This document shows, piece by piece, positions 20,195-28,193 of a DNA stretch of 64,000 nucleotides. A program made the position numbers and the translations under genes. Source of the stretch: Promethearchaeota archaeon (lineage in GTDB: Archaea; Asgardarchaeota; Lokiarchaeia; Sigyniarchaeales; SOKP01); contig RDOA01000012.1 in NCBI GenBank assembly GCA_011364925.1, positions 1 to 64,000 of the forward strand, read 5' to 3'. Positions within the stretch are counted from its first letter, which is position 1. Every line of letters starts with the position of its first letter. The notes under the pieces are model-generated. The model worked only from the letters and a program-made list of their open reading frames with translations. It was not told where the DNA came from and did no database searches.

Positions 20195-21268
20195 TTAAAT
20201 ACCATTTGCTTTTAATTTAGACCCTAGCTCAATCCATTCTTTAGCTTTGTCAATATTTCCTAACTTCTCATGGCAACGCGCCGCTGATTCCCAAAAATCT
20301 ACTTCTGAAGGGTCGAGAGAAACAACTTTATCGAAGTGAATCAATGCTTTTTTATAATTATTTTTTACATCGCAATATATCTTCCCTAATTTCTTAAGAG
20401 CATTTATATTATCTGGATCCATTTTCAGAGTATTTTGATAATAAAAAATAGCCTTATCGTAATCATGTAACGCGTTATAACTGAATGCTAAATTTTCGTA
20501 TAGCACCGGATCTTCCTCTTGGAGTTTTAAGGCTTCCTTATAACAGTTTATTGATTTTTCATAGTCTTCTTTAAAGGTATAAGAAAGACCAAGATTATTC
20601 CAAGCTTCAATGAAGGTAGGGTCGATTTCTGTCGCTTTTTTATACGAATCAATAGCTAAATCGTAGTTGTTTGTCTCATACGCAACGTCTCCTAAATCAA
20701 ACCACAATTCAGCATTATTAGGGTCAAGATCGATGGCTTTTTTATAATACTTTATTGCTTCATCATAGTTCTGAGTATCGTAATATATTATGGCAAGATT
20801 GTTATGGAGAAGAAGCTCATCCGGATTAATCTTTAAAGCTTTTTTATAGCAATTTATAGCTTCTTCATACTGTTCCTTGTCTCTGTAGATTAAAGCAATA
20901 TTATTCCAAACATCTGTATAGCTTGGTTCGTATTCTAAGGCGATTTTGTAATATTTTAATGCATTATCATGATCTTCTAAATCTTCGTATGCAAATCCCA
21001 TGTTATAGTAAGCAACTGCATCATCAGGGTCTATTTCAATTGCTTTTTGATAGCATTTTATTGCTTCTTCATATTGGCGTAGCATGCTAAATGAGAGTCC
21101 AAGATTATTCCACACTTCTGAAAAATAGGGGTTGATTTCTATAGCCCTTTCATAAGCTTCTATTGCTTCCTCAAATGCGTTTTCATCGTAATACGCATCT
21201 GCTAAATTGATCCACGCATCAACATCATTAGGATCTAATTCTGCTGACTTTTTGTATCTCTCAATCAT
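20195..21268 (-). CDS. Tetratricopeptide repeat protein (about 10 TPRs)
   Basis: Repeated WNNLG...YEEAIKCYQKAIEIDP 34-residue units. Confidence 0.95.
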   Translation of the reverse strand: MIERYKKSAELDPNDVDAWINLADAYYDENAFEEAIEAYERAIEINPYFSEVWNNLGLSFSMLRQYEEAIKCYQKAIEIDPDDAVAYYNMGFAYEDLEDHDNALKYYKIALEYEPSYTDVWNNIALIYRDKEQYEEAINCYKKALKINPDELLLHNNLAIIYYDTQNYDEAIKYYKKAIDLDPNNAELWFDLGDVAYETNNYDLAIDSYKKATEIDPTFIEAWNNLGLSYTFKEDYEKSINCYKEALKLQEEDPVLYENLAFSYNALHDYDKAIFYYQNTLKMDPDNINALKKLGKIYCDVKNNYKKALIHFDKVVSLDPSEVDFWESAARCHEKLGNIDKAKEWIELGSKLKANGI

Positions 21269-21339
21269 TTTAAAATCAGATAATCTATAGAAAAATAAAG
21301 TTTGATTACTATTATTTTTTTTGGATTTTTAAAATATTT

Positions 21340-22386
21340 TTAATTACTAGCAATAACTATCATTTTATCATGAATTTGGTCTGTCAACAATATTCTCAGA
21401 TGGGGTTCATCAGTTTTAAATCTTACTTCTTCTAACTTACCCTCAACGAGTACAGACTCGCCTTCAATTGCCTGTTCACAAAACCTTCCTCGAAAAGAGC
21501 TAACTTCACTTATGTTATCTAATTTGATACTTTTTCCAATAATTTTGCTTTCTAGCACTTTTACACAGCTAATTTCATATGAACAGGGAGTAAAGATTGA
21601 ATTGGTTGAATCTATTAGATTTGCTTTTACTTTAATCCTTCCTAGATTTTTGAATTGATAATCGTAGTATGTTCCCTTCCAGTCATTAGGATCTTTTATA
21701 TACCTGATAAAGAAATCGATTCCATGGTATTTTCCTTGATGTAACTTCCTTTTTTCACTCTTTAAAAAACTCTCGAAACTAATGTTAGAACCTCCTACCC
21801 TCCATTTATAGTGGTCTTTATATTCAGATAAGTTGTAGGATCTACAATCGTTTGGAGTGAGAAGAATTTGTTTTAACTTATCTTGAAACTCTAAAATATT
21901 ATGAGTTCCATATATCATTATATCTATATCAGAATCAGCCAAACCCAATCCAATCATTGGTGATCCAGAAATTCCAATTGCATCTTCTGGTATTGATCCG
22001 TCTGTAATTAATAATTTACAAAGATTTCTGGAATGAAGCTCCAGTTTTGTTAATTCTTTTTTCAAATTAAGCAATTTATAATATTCTTTGGGAGTGTATA
22101 TTTTCTCTATATCTCCATTTTTTACGCCCTGAACTCTTAAATCAAGTTCCTTTGAAAAAAAAATAAATTGAGGGTATTTTTCTTCGAGTTTCAAATATCT
22201 TTCGTCCAATGAATAGATTTTTCTATATTTTCTGCCTTCCTTTATTCGTTCACCATTCTGATCGGGAACAAACCTTAAAAAACAAATTTTGCGATCTCGA
22301 GGATGGTGATAACCTTTTATATCAAAAAACAAATGGTCATCTTTGGTTTCGAGGTAATCCCCTTCAATTCCTTTTGGAATGTTCAT
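21340..22386 (-). CDS. Archaeal nucleotidyltransferase-domain protein (COG1665-like)
   Basis: GISGS...DSDIDIMIYG Pol-beta motif; N-terminal EGDY...HP; C-terminal OB-like GKLEEV. Confidence 0.8.
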   Translation of the reverse strand: MNIPKGIEGDYLETKDDHLFFDIKGYHHPRDRKICFLRFVPDQNGERIKEGRKYRKIYSLDERYLKLEEKYPQFIFFSKELDLRVQGVKNGDIEKIYTPKEYYKLLNLKKELTKLELHSRNLCKLLITDGSIPEDAIGISGSPMIGLGLADSDIDIMIYGTHNILEFQDKLKQILLTPNDCRSYNLSEYKDHYKWRVGGSNISFESFLKSEKRKLHQGKYHGIDFFIRYIKDPNDWKGTYYDYQFKNLGRIKVKANLIDSTNSIFTPCSYEISCVKVLESKIIGKSIKLDNISEVSSFRGRFCEQAIEGESVLVEGKLEEVRFKTDEPHLRILLTDQIHDKMIVIASN

Positions 22387-22406
22387 AAGTCTTTTAAATT
22401 TAGTAA

Positions 22407-23510
22407 TTAATATTTTGAAGGTGTCTTCGATTTTATTTGATACTTGGGAATTTCTTTTATTTTTTGTAATTCTCTTTCAAACTCTTTTTTCTCTTTAAGA
22501 AATCTCTCCTTATCACTATCTAACTTTTGCCTTTCTTTTCTTATTGAAATCTTCTCATCTTCTATTTTTGATTTTTCTTTTTCTATATTTTTTATGTCAT
22601 CGTTTAATTTTTTCAATTTCTTTTCTGAATTCTGAATTTTATGTTCTAATGAATAATAAGCGTCTTCTGCTTGAGGCACCTTTCTGTCTAATTCTTTCAG
22701 TCGAGCTTCTTGCCCTTTTTTCTTACGTTCTAGTTCTCTAACATCATTATCAACATTTTCTTTAAATTTTCCTAGTTTTTCTTTCTTTTTCTCAATATCG
22801 CGGGCTTTAAGGTTCAAATTTTGTTTCTTGTATCGAACTTTTTCTTTTTCATCTTTTAACCTTCTTTTTTCATCTTCAATTCGATTTTTTTCATCTGTGA
22901 TTTCTCTTTTCAAATTATTAATTTCTTTGTTTAAATTATCCCGTTCTCTTGTTAAGTTTTTAACTTCGTTTCTTAAGTCCATTAAATTGTTTTCTAACTT
23001 TTCAATTGTTCTTTCTAATGCGTCTTCTCTCCGTTCCATTCCAGGTAATTTCGTTTTTATTTCTTTAATTCTTTCTTTTGCTTTTGCTTTTTCTTTTTCT
23101 ATATTTCTCTTTTCGTTCTCTAGTTCTTCCCTAATGCCATCTAACTTCTCTTGATATCGCTCTAAATCAGCAGTTTTCTGATCTAGCTCTCTCTCTTTCG
23201 CATGTAGTTCGTTTTTACTACTGTTTATTTCGTTTCTCATTCTATCTAATTCCAATTTTAAGTCCTCGTATTGCTTTTGAAGTTCTCTGACTTCAAGTTC
23301 TTTTTGTTTTCTTTTTTTTTCTAATTCTTCAATATTTTCGTTATATCCGTCAATTTTATTGATTACTCGCTCCCATTCATTCTTCTCCTTATTCAATTTA
23401 ATTCTTTCTTCTTTAATTTTTTTAAGAAGCTTCCCATCAACGCTTTTATCTAACTCTTCCTCAGGAGTTTTTTCTCGGATTTGATACTTTGGAATTGGTT
23501 TTTCCTTCAT
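22407..23510 (-). CDS. Long coiled-coil protein with the same motif at both termini
   Basis: About 330 aa of charged heptads; IPKYQIREKTP at the N-terminus and IPKYQIKSKTP at the C-terminus. Confidence 0.85.
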   Translation of the reverse strand: MKEKPIPKYQIREKTPEEELDKSVDGKLLKKIKEERIKLNKEKNEWERVINKIDGYNENIEELEKKRKQKELEVRELQKQYEDLKLELDRMRNEINSSKNELHAKERELDQKTADLERYQEKLDGIREELENEKRNIEKEKAKAKERIKEIKTKLPGMERREDALERTIEKLENNLMDLRNEVKNLTRERDNLNKEINNLKREITDEKNRIEDEKRRLKDEKEKVRYKKQNLNLKARDIEKKKEKLGKFKENVDNDVRELERKKKGQEARLKELDRKVPQAEDAYYSLEHKIQNSEKKLKKLNDDIKNIEKEKSKIEDEKISIRKERQKLDSDKERFLKEKKEFERELQKIKEIPKYQIKSKTPSKY

Positions 23511-23690
23511 GCCATTTCTTTAACTCATATTACCTAATATTATTAATATATTGATTCGAATTCTAAAGTGTTTGTAATTTCTTTTAAAGAGGATTTTTGA
23601 TTTAGTCAATTTTATTTAAATAGCTTAATTTCCATTATTTTCTTAAATATAATTTAAATGTACTTAATCTAAATTCATGGTGTTAATCTA

Positions 23691-24092
23691 ATGGATTTTG
23701 ACGAGGAATTTGATAAGGAGTTCGACGAAGAATTGGAGGAGGATTTTGACGAAAACTTAGATGAAGATTTTGACGAACCTACTTCAAAAACTCCTCCTGA
23801 CGATGTTAAAGTTAAGACTCCAGAACCTCATCTCCCTCCTGAAGGAAAAAAGATATCTGTATTTTTTCTTTCTACTATTGGTCCGGGAGAAAAAAAACAA
23901 AAATTACTAGTATATACTGGTAATAAAGTTGGAGACATTAAAGATACTGTGGCAAATTTGTTTGCGCTAGATCCATCCGATTTCCATTTGTCTTCAGGAG
24001 GAGTGACAATGGATGAGACATCTTACCTAAGCGATTATAATGTAGATGAAGGAGATGACATATTATTAATTCCTGCTAGCGTAGCAGGTTGA
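23691..24092 (+). CDS. Ubiquitin-like protein with acidic N-terminal extension, ending ...SVAG
   Basis: Beta-grasp pattern KVGDIK...FHLSSGGVTMDE...LSDYNVDEGDDILLI (compare ubiquitin [28 protein letters not shown]); free C-terminal Gly. Confidence 0.88.
   Translation: MDFDEEFDKEFDEELEEDFDENLDEDFDEPTSKTPPDDVKVKTPEPHLPPEGKKISVFFLSTIGPGEKKQKLLVYTGNKVGDIKDTVANLFALDPSDFHLSSGGVTMDETSYLSDYNVDEGDDILLIPASVAG
23694..23777 (+). repeat. In-frame degenerate 12-bp tandem repeat (7 units) encoding [D/E/N][F/L][D/E][E/K]
   Basis: gattttgacgag gaatttgataag gagttcgacgaa gaattggaggag gattttgacgaa aacttagatgaa gattttgacgaa. Confidence 0.8.
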
Positions 24093-24133
24093 GAACTAAG
24101 AAAGATATAAAAATCTTAAATTATTTTTTCATT

Positions 24134-24922
24134 CTATTTTTTTCTCGATGGTATTAACGCGATCTCGTCATCGTCGTCAATAGAATAATCCCTTATCTGC
24201 TTTGATTCGTCTAACAATATCCCACCGGTGGATAGGAGAAAATCTTCTAAAGCATAATCAAATAGAATTCCGACTTGTTCCTTGAGGATATTTACTAATT
24301 CTGAAGTTTCAATAACGATTATTTTGGTTTTCTCGCCAGGTTCGACTAATGATCTTACATAAACGCGAATCTTATCATCCATTCCAATAGTGGTCAGTGG
24401 TGGGTTGTACTGCACTTTTTCATTAGTTCTTTCCTTATATTGCAAGATATCTTTAATTAACCGTTTTCTTTCGCTAGGTTCAAAATATAGCATTTCTCTG
24501 ATAAAAAAGATTTTATCCATCTTTGATAACCCTAGCAAATCAATTTTGTCTAATTCTTCTCTATTGAACAATGTAAAAATGTAATCGTCGAAGGTCTCAA
24601 TTTTTTCAAAAGTTTCATCGCTATCTGCATATTGATCTACTAATGGCATAGCTTCGAAGTAATCTTCGATTAGTTCGCTTGTAGTTCTATGTATTGGATT
24701 TAACTTTTTAGCGTATTTATCTTTTTTTATCTTTTTAGCGGGACTACCCGTAGAAGATACAACGGTATAGATCGTGCCCGTTGACAATACCGCAACGCTC
24801 CCAACAGTTAGAAAGAGGAATAGAGGTAAACTTTCTATCTGCATTAAGAAAAAAATCAAATAGAGTATTGCAAAAACAATGTAAAGAGTTAAAATACTTA
24901 GAATTCTAAATTTTTTTTTCAT
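24134..24922 (-). CDS. Membrane-anchored (2 TM) protein with C-terminal non-conjugatable Ubl domain
   Basis: Two hydrophobic N-terminal segments; C-terminal PGEKTK...DFLLSTGGILLDESKQIRDYSIDDDDEIALIPSRKK is paralogous to the neighbouring Ubls. Confidence 0.85.
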   Translation of the reverse strand: MKKKFRILSILTLYIVFAILYLIFFLMQIESLPLFLFLTVGSVAVLSTGTIYTVVSSTGSPAKKIKKDKYAKKLNPIHRTTSELIEDYFEAMPLVDQYADSDETFEKIETFDDYIFTLFNREELDKIDLLGLSKMDKIFFIREMLYFEPSERKRLIKDILQYKERTNEKVQYNPPLTTIGMDDKIRVYVRSLVEPGEKTKIIVIETSELVNILKEQVGILFDYALEDFLLSTGGILLDESKQIRDYSIDDDDEIALIPSRKK

Positions 24923-25000
24923 GGTTTTTTGGCGAATCTATTCTCTAAATTTATGATTTAAATGGTATCTAATAAATCGCATTGGTATAACTTTGTAATT

Positions 25001-25675
25001 TTATATATCATAAGGAACTGATTTTCTAATATTCTCATATCTCTTGGAGTCTAATTTATATAAATCTCTTTTTTTATCTTTTTCAATTGATATTAATTTT
25101 AAATTCATTAAAATTTCAAGATATTTTTTAATTGTATTGTAATTACCTTTTAGGATAGAAGCTATTTCAGTAATTTTCAAAGAATTATCTTCACTCTTTA
25201 ATAGATTTATAATCTCACGAACGATTTCTTGCTTTAAATAATAATATATCTCGTCTAAATCTGGATCTGAATCGTAATCAAAAATAATTCTTTGATTCTC
25301 TATTTTCTTCGACCGTGTAAATCTGAACTTTTCTAAACATGATAAATGCCATAACGCTTGATTACTTCCAATATTTATTGCTTTCATTATTTCATTTACA
25401 TTGGATGGAGTCTTTCGGATATAATTATAAATTTCATTTCGGATTGGATGTTCAATAATGTTATTTTTCATTAATCTAGTTCCAGGGATTAGAATTCTTT
25501 TTTTAATAAGGTTTTTAATAAAGATTTCGATACTATTTCTGTTCAATTCAGGATTAGCTCTTACCCTATTATTGATGAACACCACGATATCTTCGACAGA
25601 AAAGAACGGTTTCTTTTTTAAATATTCCTCTATTAGACCACAGACAATAGATTGAAGGCTATCAGGCTTGCTCAT
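25001..25675 (-). CDS. Tandem winged-HTH (ArsR-like) regulator
   Basis: RNEIYNYIRKTP...WHLSCLEKF and KITEIASILKGNYNTIKKYLEILMNLKLI. Confidence 0.8.
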   Translation of the reverse strand: MSKPDSLQSIVCGLIEEYLKKKPFFSVEDIVVFINNRVRANPELNRNSIEIFIKNLIKKRILIPGTRLMKNNIIEHPIRNEIYNYIRKTPSNVNEIMKAINIGSNQALWHLSCLEKFRFTRSKKIENQRIIFDYDSDPDLDEIYYYLKQEIVREIINLLKSEDNSLKITEIASILKGNYNTIKKYLEILMNLKLISIEKDKKRDLYKLDSKRYENIRKSVPYDI

Positions 25676-25944
25676 AAGCTTATTGTTTTAATGTGTTGAA
25701 TTATACGATTTTTATAATCAAATCTTCTCTCTAAAAGGATATTTTTCAATTTATATATATTGATAAACAATCATTTAATTTATAAGTATATTAAACTAGG
25801 CATTTTAATCTTAATGAATACATTTTTTACATATAACTTAAAAATCTTCAAAATCATTCCAATCGGTTTTTTAACTCAATATTTTCACCATTAATATAAG
25901 TCTAAAAAAAAACTTAAACTAAAAAAACCAAGGAAGCGATTTGA

Positions 25945-26277
25945 ATGAGTTTTGAAGAAGATTTTGATGAGGAATTAGAACCAGTTAAATCTAAAACCCC
26001 ATCAAGTAAAACACCCTCAACAGGTAAGAAGTTGACTTTATATTTTATGTCAACTATTGGTCCTGGTGAAAAGAAGGAGAAGTTAACTGTCAATGATGCA
26101 AATCGGGTAAGTGATATTAAACAGACATTAGGAAATCTATTCGGTCTTGATCCAGATGAATTTCACTTATCATCTGGAGGTGTTACAATGGATGAGAATA
26201 GTCAATTAAAAGATTATAATGTCAATGACGGCGACGACATTCTTTTGATTCCAGCAAGTACTGCGGGATTAAATTAA
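25945..26277 (+). CDS. Ubiquitin-like protein with acidic N-tail and AG-LN pro-peptide end
   Basis: Close paralog of 23691..24092 (STIGPGEKK, FHLSSGGVTMDE, DYNV.DGDDILLIPAS.AG); directly upstream of the E1. Confidence 0.9.
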   Translation: MSFEEDFDEELEPVKSKTPSSKTPSTGKKLTLYFMSTIGPGEKKEKLTVNDANRVSDIKQTLGNLFGLDPDEFHLSSGGVTMDENSQLKDYNVNDGDDILLIPASTAGLN

Positions 26278-26310
26278 ATTTATATATCATTCTTTTCATA
26301 AAATTAATAA

Positions 26311-26345
26311 AAGGGCTTTAAGCCCTTCAATTTTTTTATTTTTTT
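26311..26345 (+). terminator. Inverted repeat plus T-tract between Ubl and E1
   Basis: AAGGGCTT-T-AAGCCCTT (26311-26327) followed by caatttttttattttttt. Confidence 0.55.
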
Positions 26346-26356
26346 GAACAATATTA

Positions 26357-27592
26357 ATGGTGATAATATTGCATAAGGATTCAGATTTTTTTGCAAAGGG
26401 ATTGTCAGAAGAAGAGAGAGACTTATACGATCGTCAATTTCGTTTAGAAGGATGGTCCCAAAAATTAGTAAAAAAATCGAGAGTTTTAATCGCGGGAGTA
26501 GGAGGGTTAGGATGTGAAATTGCTAAGAATTTAGCTATGTTAGGGGTAGGCCATATAGATCTCGTGGATCTAGATATCATCGAACACTCTAACTTAAACC
26601 GCCAAGTTCTGTTTGCAGGCGCAAAGCTGGGAGAACCGAAAGCAATTGCGGCTGCAAAAAAGTTAGCTGAAATTAATCCTAATATTATTGTTAATGGATA
26701 CCATTCATCGTTAGAACGATTAGAGCCCTCTCTCTACTATAATGCTGATGTTGTTATAGGGGGACTTGATTCAATGAATGCGAGATTAAATTTAAACGCT
26801 CAATGTATTAGATTTAGGAAACCATTAGTAGATGGAGGGGTTTCTGGCTATTATGGACATGTATATACAATATTCCCATATCGGAATGCATGTTATGAAT
26901 GCAATCCGCTGCCAGATGTGGCAAGTGATGAAATGGCAGCTTGTACCGTAGTTGGTATCCCTCGAAAAAGAATTCATTGCGTTTTTAAAGGAGATATGGC
27001 CTTCAAAGAAAAATTTGATAGAGATCCGAATCCTAAAAATGTAGAAGAGATAAGGTTTATTCAAAAAGTTGCAAATGAACTTGTTACAAAACACAATTTC
27101 TTTCCTGAATATACAGAAGATGATATTGTAAAAATTATTGATCGCCATGATCCAGGAATTATAACAATAAACGCAACAATATCAGCTTTACAATCTCACG
27201 AAGCGATTAAAATCCTTCATTGGAAAAACGGTCATAAAGGATTAGGTGAACCAATTATAAATTATATGATATTTAATGCTATGACAATGAAATTATACCA
27301 CATTGAAAAGAAGAGAAATCCAGAATGTTCTCAATGTGGTAAAAATGTGAGACGCGTTGTAATTAAAATGAGAGAAAACTCTCCATGCATGAATATAATT
27401 AAAATATTACAAAAAAATGGATACAAATTAGAATCGGAATTTGAACCAGTATTAACTCTTTTGGATTTTAACGATATAATTGTTCTAGATTTAGAGCAAA
27501 ATCCAATTCAAAATGGTTTGAGGATTTACGAATTTCTCACGGTTGCGGGGTTTGAAGGAGGAGAAATATACGTAACCTTAAAATTTAAATAA
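26357..27592 (+). CDS. Ubl-activating enzyme E1 (ThiF fold, UBA2/UBA3-like)
   Basis: YDRQ, GVGGLG, SNLNRQ, Zn site CYEC...CSQC, catalytic-Cys motif ACT followed by PRKRIHC, C-terminal extension. Confidence 0.93.
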   Translation: MVIILHKDSDFFAKGLSEEERDLYDRQFRLEGWSQKLVKKSRVLIAGVGGLGCEIAKNLAMLGVGHIDLVDLDIIEHSNLNRQVLFAGAKLGEPKAIAAAKKLAEINPNIIVNGYHSSLERLEPSLYYNADVVIGGLDSMNARLNLNAQCIRFRKPLVDGGVSGYYGHVYTIFPYRNACYECNPLPDVASDEMAACTVVGIPRKRIHCVFKGDMAFKEKFDRDPNPKNVEEIRFIQKVANELVTKHNFFPEYTEDDIVKIIDRHDPGIITINATISALQSHEAIKILHWKNGHKGLGEPIINYMIFNAMTMKLYHIEKKRNPECSQCGKNVRRVVIKMRENSPCMNIIKILQKNGYKLESEFEPVLTLLDFNDIIVLDLEQNPIQNGLRIYEFLTVAGFEGGEIYVTLKFK

Positions 27593-27658
27593 ATAATTTA
27601 TCCAAAATATAAATCTAATAAAAAATTATAAAAAAAAACAAAAAACGGGGTTAAAGAT

Positions 27659-28186
27659 ATGAGTATAAGAAGTAGTCGAGTCTCTCGAGATTTTGCGGGA
27701 CTTAAAAGATTGCTAAAGGAAGGTACCATCATCCAATTAAAGCCATTTAATCCAAAAAAAAAGAGTATTGATCACTTAGCTTTAACGGTTAAAGGTCCTA
27801 AAGGAACAGCTTACGCAGGAGGATTGTTCAGATTGGAAATGAAGTTTCCTGTTCAGTACCCTAAACAACCTCCTTTTGTGAGATTGCACACTCCTATTTG
27901 GCATCCAAATTTTTGGCCAAAACCTAATGAATATAAAGGACAAAGAAATATTTGCTTAGCGTTAGTAGATCCGTCTCTAGTGGGGACAAAAGGTGGATGG
28001 AGCCCTTCGAAAACAGCTGTTACAGTTGTTCAAGCAATCATTGCTATGCTCAACACGCGAGGTAAGTATGTCAATCCAACTGATGTGTTTAATAAAAAAG
28101 CAGCGATAGAAATGATAAAGGATCCTAAAATGTTTGAAAAGAAAGTGAAAAGCTTAACTAAGAAATACGCTAAGGATAAATGGTGA
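27659..28186 (+). CDS. Ubl-conjugating enzyme E2 (UBC fold)
   Basis: GPKGTAYAGGLF, FP.QYP..PP, WHPN, ICL catalytic Cys, WSPS. Confidence 0.95.
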   Translation: MSIRSSRVSRDFAGLKRLLKEGTIIQLKPFNPKKKSIDHLALTVKGPKGTAYAGGLFRLEMKFPVQYPKQPPFVRLHTPIWHPNFWPKPNEYKGQRNICLALVDPSLVGTKGGWSPSKTAVTVVQAIIAMLNTRGKYVNPTDVFNKKAAIEMIKDPKMFEKKVKSLTKKYAKDKW

Positions 28187-28193
28187 TTATGGA

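Noticed and set aside
22444-23154. Plus-strand Phe/Ser/Leu-rich ORFs
   Set aside because: Antisense shadows of the Lys/Glu-rich coiled-coil gene; the other short antisense ORFs in the track were rejected for the same reason
22407-23510. SMC, ESCRT-III or crescentin assignment for the coiled-coil protein
   Set aside because: No Walker motifs or hinge and no recognisable Snf7 pattern; generic coiled-coil similarity is not diagnostic
24090-24110. TGA directly after the Ubl-1 terminal Gly as possible selenocysteine or readthrough (…AG-U-ELRKI)
   Set aside because: The paralog has Leu at this position, no SECIS-like hairpin is visible downstream, and a stop after Gly is the expected mature end
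23691-26277. Ubls as ThiS/MoaD/SAMP sulfur carriers
   Set aside because: They have the eukaryote-type L.DYN signature and sit with an E2, a RING-like protein and a JAMM enzyme, which sulfur-carrier systems do not need
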